Of a stretch of DNA of 64,000 nt, positions 46,291-58,715 are shown in pieces; position 1 is the stretch's first letter; each line of letters begins with the position of its first letter. The stretch lies in NCBI RefSeq assembly GCF_038025025.1, contig NW_027117347.1, forward strand, positions 1,736,001-1,800,000, read 5' to 3'. The position numbers and the translations under genes were made by a program. This DNA is from Phyllosticta citribraziliensis (taxonomy: Eukaryota). Below the pieces are notes generated by a model. That model was given only the letters and a program-made list of their open reading frames with translations. It was not told where the DNA came from and made no database searches.

Positions 46291-48302
46291 CTACGCCCTA
46301 TCCGTCCGCTCAAACACCTCATCCGCCCTCGCCGCCGCAAACTGGCCCCACGCCATCCTCAAGTGGCTCTCCCAAACGCCTTGCCAGCTCTCCGCAACGG
46401 CCTGCATGCAATTGCGCACGTCATCCCAGCGGCAATCCGGGCGCAGCTTGCCGCTGACGAGGTCGCCGAACATGGCCTGCTGCAGCGTCACGCCCTCTCT
46501 CTGCGCCCACGTCCCCTTGGACAGCGGCGTCGTTTGTGCGCGCTGGCAGTCGGTCAGATATTCCTGCCACACCTTCTCGCGGCGCGCGTAGTTGGCCGAA
46601 ATCTCGACGAGGAGCTGCTGGTTGCTGTGCTCGTGGTAGAAGTGGTGGTGCAGCTTGTCGGGCGTGTGCAGCAGGTCCTGCGCCGCCGTGGGGAGGAAGC
46701 GCTTGCTGCGGCGGTCGAGGCAGAGCGGTGGGTCGCGCCGTGTCAGACCCACGGATGCGAGGACCTGGTCGGTGAAGCGCGTCGTGTCGAAGGTCAACGA
46801 GGAGGGCCCGTCTTCTGTGAGCGATGGGTCGCCGAGGTCTTGCGCGGCGGCCATGATGGCGTCCATGGTTGCGTCCCCGTCTTCCTGCGCTGTTGGTTCG
46901 TCTCTTGAAGGTGGTTTCGTGGCGTCTGGCGATGAGCCCTCGGTCTGAGTCTTCGAGTCCTTCCTGTCCTTGACTTCCTCCCCGCCAACAGACACACCAG
47001 CCTCGTCTTCTGGCATCTGGCGCTGCTTGGTAGGCGAATCGCGGCCCATCTTCCGATCTGCATCCCCCGCCAGAATCTCTGCGATCAGGCTATTGTCGTC
47101 ACCTTCGGGATCGTCGTCTCCGGAGTCGTCCAAGTCTCCCAAGGCCTCCTGCATCTTGAGGTATCTCGCGTCACTCATTCTCTCTCGTTGTTCTTCCTCC
47201 TGCCGCTCTTCTTCCAGTCTGTCCTCTTCTTCTTGATCTTTCGTCCGTTTGGCAAACTCTCGTCGGGCCAGTATGATTGCGATCTTGATATTATCGGGCG
47301 TGCAATGCCTGGGCATGAGTTTCGGTCTCATGCGTCTCTTGACACGAGTCTTCTTTTCAACACCCTCTTTTTTCTCTTCCTCTCCCTCCTTGTTCGCTTC
47401 GCCTGTCTCCTCCTCCTCCTCCTTCCCGTCGCCCATCTTCCCACCCACCCTCTTCCTCTTCTTCCTCCTCTTCCTCCCCTTCTCAACCACCTCCAACCCC
47501 CCCGTCCACTCCCAAATCCTCGCCCTCGCCTCCCATACCCAGCGCAGCGCGGCCGGAAAGTCCTTCTTCGAGCAGTCCGCCAGCAGCGAGACCAGCCGCC
47601 GCGTCTGCACCGCCTCCTCCGCGCCCTTGACGTCGTCTTCGGAGAGCCCGCCATCCGCGCCGTAGTTCAGGATGCGCCGCACGGCGCGCAGCGAGAAGCC
47701 CAGCGCGTGCAGCGCCGCGCGCGGCGAAAGCGGCCACGCGTCGCGGATTATCAGGGTCGATTCGAGGTACGCGTGCAGCGCGGCGTGGGGGACGGGCACG
47801 TCGCTCCAGTCGGGCTATGGGCGGATGGGCGTTAGCTGTGGTACGTGCAAGAAGAGTGGAGGAGGGGATGGAAGGGCGCGTGTGAGATGACATCGCGCCT
47901 AGCATGCAAGATGAGAGGTGTCGTCGGGAGAACACGTACAAATTTCCGCCTCACCGCCGCAATCGACTCCGCGAAGACGCGCTCCGTCGCGTCGTCCCAC
48001 CCCCTCGCCGGGTCCGCCAATACTTCCTTCTCTGGCTCCTTCTCTTGCTTCAAGACGACCGGCGGCGGCATCGCCTCGTTTTCAGGCACAGCAGTCAAGC
48101 CGGGTGCGGCGGCCGCTTTGACGACGCGTGGGCGCTTTGACTTGTCGCGTGGCTTCGGGACGACTGGCGGCGGTGGCATCGTCGCATTTTTCGGCTTAGG
48201 ACGGGCAGGCAAGGTGAGTGCGGCGGCCGCTACGACGACGCGTGGGCGCTTTGACTTGTCGCCTGGCTCCATGACTGGCTTTGAGAGGACTGTTGGCGGC
48301 AT
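46291..48302 (-). CDS. Hypothetical charged, low-complexity protein
   Basis: Intron 47939-47815 (GTACGT..GCTAAC..ATAG) joins ORF 47832-48302 to ORF 46291-47799 in frame. Basic NLS-like KRRKKRKR and acidic tracts. Confidence 0.6.
48106..48262. repeat. Internal direct repeat of about 43 nt (copies at 48106-48148 and 48220-48262)
   Basis: GCGGCGGCCGCT..GACGACGCGTGGGCGCTTTGACTTGTCGC occurs twice and encodes DKSKRPRVVxAAA on the minus strand. Confidence 0.85.
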
Positions 48303-50259
48303 TGTCGCGTGTGGTGGATAGGAAGGGTGTAGTCGCTGAGGTTGTGCGGATGGTGTGAGGTGTGAGGTTCAGGTGTGATGGAGGCGGTTGTTTGGGTGGA
48401 GGATTGTTGCTGTGGGAGGCAAAGTCTGGAGGCGTTTGTGTTGAGCGGCGAGAGGTGGGTGATGGGACAAGGTGAGTGAGTGGACTGCGGTGCTGACTTT
48501 TTGAATTGAGAGAGCTGTTGCAGCGGCGGCGGAGCCTTATCCACTGGACGATCTGACTTGCCTCGTCAATCACTTGCAAGTAGTGGTTTCCCAATTGCTG
48601 AAGAAGGAGCAACTGGCAGCCGGCAGATGGCGAGAAGCAAAGGCAAATTTGATGATCTTTCTTCGTGGCCTGCCAGCATTGAATGCACAGGGAATCATAT
48701 AGATGATAATGCACTTAAACGCAATCGCTTCATGAACAGAGGTCCCTTATCATCGTCTTGTGCACTTTTTGTTCCTGTTGGTAGAGTGACTTGCTCACTA
48801 CTCACTGCTCGCTGCTCATCTGCCCATTTTCCTATTCGTCTCGGACCACAACGCATTCCATACACATATTTCACCCTGCGTCTAACGCCACCTTTCCTAT
48901 CATTCACCATCCACAGCGACCTTTTGTCCTAATTATCAAATGATGCCCTAAGTCAAGTCCATCTTGAAGACGCCACAAAGCCTGCATCATGCTCACTACC
49001 CGACATCCCCCTCATTCTGACATCCCTCCCGCACTCCTTCGCGGTCAGTGCAGCACGGGCGGCCGATTGCGTTGCCAATGAGCTTCAATGACCCGAAAAA
49101 GCGATGAAGGCAAACACCTGCGAAGACGCCGTCAACAAAATCTTTTCCGTGCGATTAAAGTGTTGAACTGTCACCCGTCACTTCCGGCAGCAGCCGGACT
49201 GCCAACCTGGATTCAGGCGTAGCGCGCTCGTGCTATACTTGAGAGACAGGCTGAAGACTGGTTTGGCCGTTCACGCCGTTTCTGCCGTCGTTTCTGCTAC
49301 CACCGCTACCATTGCCGTCACTGTCGAAGCAGGATCCGAATCAGAGTGCTGCACTGTCAGTCGGATGCGAGATCTGTCGCTCCAACTATCTCCCATCAAT
49401 TCCGCCGGGGCGGAAATACAAGGAAGAAAAGCACGGAAGAAGGAACGAAAGCCTTGTACTCGACCGGCTTGGAAGCAAATCGTGATGGACGATCAAGCAG
49501 ACATTTCAAAGCTACGCACCCGTCTCCCGCGGTGCATTCACCGGGAGCCACACAAGTAAATCTGCCTCCTCGACCGGCCGCCATGTACCAAATGCCGCTG
49601 TACACAGCGACGTATGCGGGTTCGTCGGTTCCAGACGAGACGGTTGTTCGTGCATCGGACCGCAGTGTGGTGTCTTTGACTGTGTGAGCTAGCACGGTGA
49701 TACTGGCTTTTGGCTAGCTGTTGGGCGACTTGGGGCCGGGAATCGTTCAGTCGGGGAACGCCGTGATGTGGGCGTGGGATCGGCGGGAAGAGTTGTGCCT
49801 GTGGGATGAGGTGGCTTGTAAGATCGGTTGTTTGCACTTTTTCCTATCGGCAGTGGCGGGAGGGGATTGGGCGGTGGCGTGTAGGTTTGCTAGCTCGATG
49901 GACTCGTGAAGAGAAGGGAAAAGACAGAGCCCAGAAGAGGGGAGAAAGGTGAAAGGGGGCTGCAATATCAAGATATGGGTCCGTAACATTTCACTCGGAG
50001 AAGAGGAAAGTGACTCCGGCTCATTTCTGCCATGTCAACTGCTGTCATAATGACAAAGTCTTCGGAAGCGGTGGGTCTGTATTTGACTTTGTTGGGTTGG
50101 GGAATTGCAGTTGCGTCGCTTCATTCGATGTAGATTTGTACCTGGATCCTTCCTGTGCAGATGACTAGATATCATCAACTGATGGTCCAATAAAAGCATT
50201 CACAAATCATTTGTATTTGGTGCGCCCTCTTTCTAGCTAAAGGGTAACCTTATCTGTTG

Positions 50260-52929
50260 TCAGAGTCTGAATATCTGGTCGTCGACCACCAATTTCGTTA
50301 CGTGTTCGACGTCCTTGTCTTTGAATTCTCGCAGCAACTCACTGACCGCGTGGTCCGTCATCAACGTCGATGCAGCGCCGGCCTGCGCAATCATGATGGC
50401 GTCATCGATCCTCTTGCCGTCGGCCAGGGCGGAAATTAGAACTCCGGTAAACGTGTCGCCGGCGCCATTCACGCTTGTGACCTTGTCCACGACCATGGCC
50501 GGCTTGAACAGTCTCAAATACACGCCTCCGACCTGTTCTCTCTCCTCGAGGCTGTCGTTCTTTGTGGCAGTCTTGCCTGACCGTCCGATGATGTAGCGTG
50601 CCGCGCCTGGGTCACTCAGATGCTCATCGTCCGCACGCAGCACTTGTACGAGGAGGACTCCCTGAGACCCAAGTGTGACTGTCAACGTCGGGATAAGTGG
50701 CAGGAGCTGCAACGCCTTCTGCGGGACGCCCTCTTCAACCAGCTTCTCGCTCGTGTTTGCTGTCAGCATACTGCTGCCACGACCTTGTGGCAGGTTCAAC
50801 GAATTCATAATGGTCCAGTGCTCGTTTCGTTCGAGCAATCCCATTGACTTGGCCATGGTCCACATGCGCGAGAGCTCATATGCGTTGGGTGTTGCGAGAT
50901 CAACAAGGTGCCGCGGGAAATAGGGCGTGTTCTTCGACATGGAGGATTTGGAGTATGAGACGATGGCTTTGGTGCATTTGCTTGCCGAGGTCGGCTCGTA
51001 AGCAGTGAGAACGGGACCCTGGACGCCAGTCAAGGGATCGAAGTTTTTGGCACTCATCAACCAATGACCTAATGTCTCGGGGGTCCAATTCGCATCGGTG
51101 ACAAACCAGGTGGGCGGCCGAGATCTGAGACGGGCTGCAAGTTCAGAGACGTGTGATTGGCGAAAGCTCTCGATGACCGACATGTCGGCCATACCAACAA
51201 ATAGATCCTTTTGAACGTCATTGACAGCAACGTATTGCCCTGAACGGCCGCGGAGAGTTGGATTATCTTTTGTCACTGTGGTGATTCCACTAATGTCAAG
51301 GCCCTCCCGTCGCATCTCATCAAGTGCCATGCGGCCCATAATATCGTCCGCGACGGCGCTGATGAGTCGCACACGTTTGCCAATATAGTTGGCTGCGAGG
51401 GCTATGTTGTGCGCGACGCCTCCGATACTTTGATCAATAAAAGCTGTGTTGGACGATCTCAAATAAGGCTTTTGGCTCTTCTCTAAGTCGTGTGATCGGT
51501 AGTTGCAAATCGTATCGATGGCGACACCGCCTGCAACTACAATGTCGACTCGGGCCGTCGACGCGTCATCAGGAACCGCTTCTGGGAAGGATTCTGAACT
51601 TCTGTAACCCTTGAACCAATCAACTGGGCTCAGCTTTTCTGGCGTGTTTTCTTGGTCTTCGTGTTCGTGGGTTGGGAATCCCCGAGGATGCCGCTGTTGG
51701 GCAAGCACCGCATCTTTCAACATCTCCCGAATTGGAGTTAGAGGATTGACGTGTCTGATGCCTTTTTCATCGCTTTCAAGTAAGAGTAGCTCTTTGGCCA
51801 CCGAGGTCCCCATAGAAACGTTGGAAGAGATGAGAGCGCGATTAGCTGTCACACTTTTCCCTTCCGTGAGCTCCTTGATTTTGGACAGAATAAAAGGCGT
51901 GTTCTTGGCTCCAGAAATACCGAGGTTGTTTGCCTCCGAGACTGCACTGCTGATGATGGCGCTAATCTCGCTTAAAGGAATTTCGTTTTGCGTGGGAATC
52001 GGGTTCGCCAGCAACAGCCCGGAAGACAACCCCATCGAATGTTGGGCATCTATGGCGCGGTCAGCGTGATTGACAAATTGGAGACATGTACTTACGTATC
52101 ATGGCTGCTGCGTGTTTAGCGTCTTGAACAACCTGTGGAGAGTCGCTGTCGCTGTCTCTCGACCAAAACCCTGGGAATTTGACTCCCCCATTCCTCCCAT
52201 CGGCAAAAGTACCAACGGCGACGCCTTGAGTTTCGAGATACTCGAGCGTACGCCCGATGTCGAGAAAGCTCTTGCAGCCGCTGCTAATAACGGCGACTGG
52301 CGTTCTTCCGAGCTCGGTCAAATCCGCCGAGATGTCGAGCGTGTTTTCACCATCACGGTGAACGCCACCAAGACCTCCGGTAGAAAACACTTTGATTCCA
52401 GCCAAATGGGCAAGAACCATGGTTCCAGCGATAGTGGTGCCGCCCATGAAATTGCCTTGGCCGGACCCCAGGATCCGAGTTCCACATGCATTGGCCAAGT
52501 CGCGGCGGGAGATTTTGAGTTTGTCCTTGCTTCCGGCCGACTGACAGAGTCTGATCAATTCATCTGGAGGGATTCCAACGCGGGCTATGCCGTCGATGAT
52601 TGCCACAGTGGCAGGGACGCCGCCTTCGGTACGGACAATGCTTTCCAGGTGCGACGACAATGCAATGTTGTCTGGGTAAGGAAAGCCTGGGGACATGAGC
52701 CAGGGTCCAAGATGGTCGACATTCAAAGCTCACCATGAGTGTAGATTGCGGATTCCAACGCAACGACGGGCTTTTTGGTGCTGCCGTGGAGGGCTTCTTG
52801 GACCTCTTCCGAGATCTGAAGAAATGAGCCGAGGGCCGTTTTTGGACGCCCTGAGAGTACGCTCACACCTCTCCGGCAGGCAGGTATCCTGCTGCGGAGA
52901 GACGAGCGAGCTGAGGCCATGGCGAGCAT
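50260..52929 (-). CDS. Bifunctional pseudouridine-5'-phosphate glycosidase (PsuG/IdgA) plus PfkB-family kinase
   Basis: PVVALESAIYTHG-FPYP, GTTIAGTM, TGGLGGVHR, DISADLTELGRTP, NTPFIL; PfkB motifs GGVAHNIA and SVNGAGDTFTG. Two 5' introns. Confidence 0.92.
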
Positions 52930-53278
52930 TGTGATCACTCGACGGGCGTGGGTGAGCAGTGATGTTATACACGCACAAGGGTCCTGTTAGACGTAAACAC
53001 TGTCAAGTTAACATTCTGAGAGACAGCAGGACCCGCGGACGGGTGGGACAAAAAGTGATGTACGGAAGAGAAAGCGTGGTGTGGTGTTGAAGCGGGCGGT
53101 GGCATAAAGTGAAAGATAGCAGGGATGTGAGCTTGGGCCAGGTCGGGCAAGCGAACACGTCTCCGGGACGCATCATCACCACCACACCACCCACACCACA
53201 CGGCACTCGGACGACGTTGAAGAACCTCCCTCCCCCTCCTACTGTATCAATGCTGGACGTAGCGCCAGTCTGTCCATC

Positions 53279-54926
53279 ATGAGGTCGCTTCCATTCCTTT
53301 TCGGCTGCTTGGCCGCCGTCCTCTCGCCCGTCTCGGCCGCCTCCAACAGCTCCGACCCGCTGCTCTCCAAGCAGATCCTCCCCGCCTTTAAGCCTCCCCA
53401 GGTCTTTCGCAACACGAATCTGGTCCGCAATGTCAATCTTGAAAAGGGCTACCCGCGCGAGACCATCAACGTCGTTGTCGAAAACATTGCCGACAAGCCG
53501 CAAGACGAGTACTACGTCCCGTTCAAGCCGAGCGTCATTGCAAGAGTAGGAGGCTTTGAAGTACGGGACAAGAAGGACCCCGAGAAGCCTGCGTTCCAGG
53601 CCGAGATTGTGGAATTCGATCCCGTCTCGCAGAGGTAAGCTCGTCAATAGCACCTTGGTTGCGTCGCTAACAAGCCCAGCTCGGTCGAGTTCTACCGCGT
53701 CAAGCTGCCCCAGCCCCTCAAGCCCTCGGAGCAACAAACCCTCAGCATTTCTTACAGCGTCCTGTCTGTTCTTGAACCCCTTCCTGCCCAGATTGAGCAG
53801 CGCGACAAGCAGTACGTGCTGTACTCCTTTAGCGCCTACGCGCCCTCGGCCTACACGACCCAGAAGCAAAAGACGAAGCTCAAGTTCCTCAACGCTGACG
53901 TCCCCGACTACACGACTCTGCCCTCGCCCAACGCAGACAACCCAGAGGATCCTACGCGCCAGGGCTCAAGCTTCACCTACGGCCCCTACAATGATATCCC
54001 CGCCGGCGTCGAGGAGCCAGTTAGCGTCCGCTTCGAATTCACAAAGCCGCTGACGCACGCAAAGCGCCTTGAGCGCGACGTCGAAATCAGCCACTGGGGC
54101 GGCAACCTCGCGACCGAGGAGCGCTACTGGCTGACCAACCGCGGCGCGCAGCTCAAGAACCACTTCAGCCGCGTCCAGTGGCAGATGACCGTGTACGCGA
54201 GCCCGCCGACCAGCGCGCTCACGCAGCTCCGGATGCCGCTCGAGGCCGGATCGGTCGACGCCTACTTTACCGACGATATTGGAAACGTCTCCACCAGCCG
54301 CTTTACCGCCACGCAGCGCGGCAGCCAGCTGGACGTCCGCCCCAGGTACCCCGTCTTTGGCGGCTGGAACTACAGCTTCCGCGTCGGCTGGAACGGCGAC
54401 CTGGGCCGCTACTTGAAGAAGCTGGCAACGGGAGACGGCTACATCCTCCGGGTGCCCTTCCTCGAGGGCCCCAAGTCGAGCGAGGGAATTGAGTACGAAC
54501 GCGTCGAGCTGCGCGTGATTCTCCCCGAAGGCGCCAAGTAAGTCTCACGTCGACCACCGACCAAGGCAGCCAACTAACACCACTAGGAACGTCCACTTCG
54601 AAACCACAGTCCCCATCATCTCAAACGAAACCTCGCTCCACCGCACCTTCATGGACACCGTCGGCCGCACCTCTCTCAAGCTGACCGCCCTCAACCTAAA
54701 CGACGAGTGGCGCGGCCGCGACCTCATCGTACGCCCCCATCCCTCTCCCCTCCCTCCCTCAACCAATCGCTAACCCATCCAGGTCACCTACGACTACCCG
54801 TACCTCGAGGGCTTCCGCAAGCCGCTGACCATCACGGCCGCCTTCGTCGCCCTCTTCGCCGTGTGGTGGGCGCTCGGCACCGTCGACACGAGCATCGGCG
54901 CGCCGCGGCCAAAGGTGAAGGCATAG
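53279..54926 (+). CDS. OST1: Oligosaccharyltransferase alpha subunit (ribophorin I)
   Basis: Signal peptide, RDVEISHWGGNLATEE, YFTDDIGNVSTS, PRYPVFGGWNYSF, VILPEGA, TFMDTVGR, C-terminal TM helix. Three introns. Confidence 0.93.
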
Positions 54927-55154
54927 ACGTTGCGCAAATCTAAGCAAGCATGCATGTTTTGGGTTCGGCTGGGGCCGGGTTGGTAAGGTGCAAAAGCGCT
55001 TTTTGCTGCGATCTTTTTGATAGAAATTTATTTCAATGTCCATGTTTTGTGAGATGTATTTCAACATGAAGGGTGTGTGAGAGCTTTGGCGTGGTAGTGG
55101 TGTACCATCATTAAACAAATACCACAAGGCAGTACACCATCAAGTCATCCAAGT

Positions 55155-55175
55155 CATCATCATCATCATCATCAT
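55155..55175. repeat. (CAT)7 microsatellite
   Basis: Read directly; intergenic. Confidence 0.85.
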
Positions 55176-55596
55176 CTATTCATCCATGTACCCATGCTAT
55201 GCTCCCTATGCTCCCCGGCGCTCCGTGTATGTATATGTGTATACATCGCACACCTTTCCTTTCTTCCAGACCCCCAGCCCTACCACTGACCCCCTTATGT
55301 CCTTCTTTCCTTCTCCCCTTGCTTCGTACAGTAGTTCCGCCTCCTCCTTCATCTGTCCGCTGCTAAAAATATACATCGTGCCCCTGGCAAGCCTGCAGGA
55401 TAAAGAAATAGGTATGGAAATGCTGACTCGCAGGCTCGCTCGCTCGCTGTGCTGTACCAATGAAACAACAACACAGTAGGAACGTACCAATCCAATCCAA
55501 CACTAAACGCACTGACTGCGCACCTCACGCCAATGCATGCTCTTACTTTGTCTTTCTCTTACTCTTCCTCTCGCCTACTCATGCTTCTTTTCACAA

Positions 55597-58019
55597 TCAG
55601 AACTTGCCCTTCTTCTCCGCATCCCCGCCGCCAAACACCTCACTCTCGTCCGTATCCACCTTCCTCACCGCGCCGAACGCCCGCGGCGGCGACGCTTCTC
55701 TACTACCACCACCTCTCTCACCCCGCTCACCACTCCCCAGCGCCCCCGCCGGCACGCCCGGCGCCGGGACGCGAATATCCCTCGGCGCAGCCGCGAACCC
55801 AGCGCCCGCAATCGAGTAGCCGGGCGGCTGCTCGCCAAAGCCCAAGCCCGAGGCGAAGCTGTCGTCGGCCTCGTCGAGCGGGTCGAGGTCGAGGTCCGCG
55901 TCGGGCGGGTAGAGCTGCGTCGTGTGGGTTTGGGTTTGGCCCAAGAACGTCTGGCTGTCGCCCTTGACGAGGCCGAGGCGTTCCTCCTCCGTCGCGGATG
56001 ATGCGGTGGCCGTGGCTGCTGCGCCGCCGCCGTTCGCGCTGTGCCCGCGCTTGTGGTGGTGTAAGAAGGACAGACCGGAGCGGGCGGACATGGGGCGCTC
56101 GGGCGGCGACGTCGGGCGCCGCTCGCCCGCAGCGGCGGACTGGCGGGAGAAGGGGTTTTGGAATGAGAATTGGCGCTTGCCGGCGCCGGCGGGGAGGTTG
56201 GAGGAAGAAGGGTTGACGGCGTGGGGTGGCGGCCGCGGAGGCTCGAGGTTGGGCGATTTGGAGCCGGGCGATTTGGTCGTGATGTTGGAGGCCCAGTGCA
56301 GGTGGCCGCTGCTGGGGCCGAGGCTGTGGTATGCCGTGTCTGATGCATCCGAGTTGTCGCGCAGGCCTGGGGGCAGGCCGTAGACGTGCGGGCTTTCGCC
56401 GCTGCCGTCGTGGCCTGCCGCAAAGTCGTGCATCGACGTCTTGTCGGGGAGAGGGGGGACGGGCGGGACGTCCGAGTCTTCCGACTTGACGCCCACGCTG
56501 ATGCTTTCGAGAGGCACGGGGTGTGAGGATGAATGCTGGGGTTGCGATTGCGGGCGTTTCCGCCTCATGCTCATGCGCGAAAAGAAACCAGGGTGGACTT
56601 CGCTTTCAGAGTCTGTTCCGTCGTCGCTTTCTGGTGCTGGGAAGTGGGACATGCCCAGCGGTGGGTGGACGGTTTTTCTTCGTTCGATGGAGTGTCCGCT
56701 GCTCGAGACGACGGTTCTTCGCCGCCGCAGACCGTCCCATTCAATATTTTCGAATTCGCCAATCGGCTGCATGTACTCGTGTTGCAGCGTCTTTGCTTCG
56801 ACAGCCTCCCGCTTCTGACGGGCCTGCGAAAAGGTGCGGATGATGGAAGCGCTGCCGCGGAGCGTGTCTGCCCTGGGCTCGTACTCGGGCTCTTCCTGCT
56901 CAGCGACGGTGCGCACCTGGTCCAGGTCTCCCGTAAAGACTGCCGTGTCAGGCACGTCCTTGGCCGACTTGGACAGCTGCAGCAGAATGACACCGGCGCA
57001 GATTTGGAGGAACCCCATGATGACGGTTGAAATGGTGGCAGCGGTGCCTTTGAAGCCCTGGAAAAGAATGGCTGACGTAACAATGGTGGAGGAAGTGAAG
57101 AAGACGTAGTAGGTCGGCGTGACGAGGGCGGCATTAAAAAGGTTGAGGGCTTTCTGTGTCTCGTCAGTCGTGTTTTCAACGTACAAACAACATTTTACTC
57201 ACGTTCAAGTAGATAATCTCGGTCAGCAGAGTAGCCACGACAAAGACGAAGAGGACGTAGAGGAACCACTGGTTGAACTGGGGCGTCCCGCCAATCTGGG
57301 CGACGATGGCGGCTCCGAGCCCCTGGGTCGCGACCACCGACAGGCCTCCAATCATGCTGCAAATGCTGATGTAGACCACCATAGTCTTTTTCGCCCACCG
57401 AGGCGCAACCCATATCGCCACCACGGCGCAACCGACAATGACGACTCCCGCGTATGACAGGAAGCCCGGCGCAATCACCAGCTTCTTCATGTCCTGGATC
57501 GTGGCCACGGCCGACTGCTCCGGCGCATTGATGACAATGACGACGGAGCCCACGATGCAGTTGAAGCATCCCACCTTGCCTACAAAGCTCAGGCGCTCTT
57601 TGAGGAATATCGCAGATAGAATCGCCGTCACCACGACCGAGAGGGCGCCCATGGGCGTGACCAGAATGGCATCGACAAAGGCATACGCGACAAAGTTGCA
57701 CACTTCGCCTATTATCATGAGGGTCATGCCTGGTAAGGGTCAGCTTCTGAAGGGTTTGCCCTGGAATTCTGAACGCACCAGTCCACCACATCCAATTGCG
57801 CAGGTAGCCGTAGCCCTCGCCGGCAACCTCGTTGTATTTTTCGTTTGCTCGCAGCAGGCCCTTTTTCTTCAAAACAAACGATATGCCGATAAACAGGCCA
57901 GACGAGAGGGCGAGGATGATTCCAATGACCTTGTAAACAGCGGGCCGGCCTTCGCCACTACCGGATGACATGCCGCTGCGAGCATAGAGGCTGTGGCCTG
58001 CCTCGTAGGAGAGGTCCAT
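55597..58019 (-). CDS. NIPA-family (DUF803) magnesium transporter
   Basis: FIGISFVLKKKGL, YLRNWMWWTGM, GEVCNFVAYAF, LVTPMGALSV, YLN-KALNLFNAALVTPTYYV. Two introns and a long disordered C-terminal tail. Confidence 0.93.
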
Positions 58020-58715
58020 GGTGCGGAGGATGCGGGACGGCGTGAGGCGCAGCGAAGCCTCGCGAACAAAATGGAGAAGACGGTCGCGGAGTCGCAATTA
58101 TGCCAACATGGAGCGCGTAGGAGAAAATCGAAGGGCAGCAGAAAAATGGGCGTCTTATCTAGACATTCGAGGGGATGGCGCCTGGTGTTTCATGCGGCGG
58201 GACGTGTTTGCGGGGGCTGGAGCGGGCCGCAGAGTCGCAGTTTCGAGAGGATGTCGGCAGGATAGTGTGGGTAGGGAAAAAAGAGTAGTGCGACGAGACG
58301 GTGGATCTGAAATGCTCAGGAGTCGGGGTGCGTAGGCGCGTGTTTAGTGTATGGGCATGAGACCTGAGAGGCGAGGCTGGGCGGGCGCTTGCGTGGAGGG
58401 TCGACGGGATACGAGGTGGGCGGGGCTTGGAGCTTGGAATTCTGTGCTAAGCTGAGGTCTGGATTGGAGACTGGGACAGGCGAATGAGGAGCGGCGGCGC
58501 AGGAAAAGGGAGCTGAAGCAGACAGCCTTAGGGATGGCGATGTCGAGTGGTGGTTGGTCGAGATGCTGTCAACAGTAACATCGGTCAGGTCGAGGGTCCC
58601 GATCCTGTCCCTTGCGCCGGGGCCTCCACCACCTCCGCCTCGCCCTAGCAACAGAACTACCTACGGACACAACCACCACACTCCCTCCACGTCGCCTTGC
58701 CTCGCCTCGCCTCCA

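Noticed and set aside
48400..50200. 1.8-kb gap with short ORFs as a possible hidden gene or transposon relic
   Set aside because: No coding bias, splice-consistent model, terminal repeats or transposase motifs seen.
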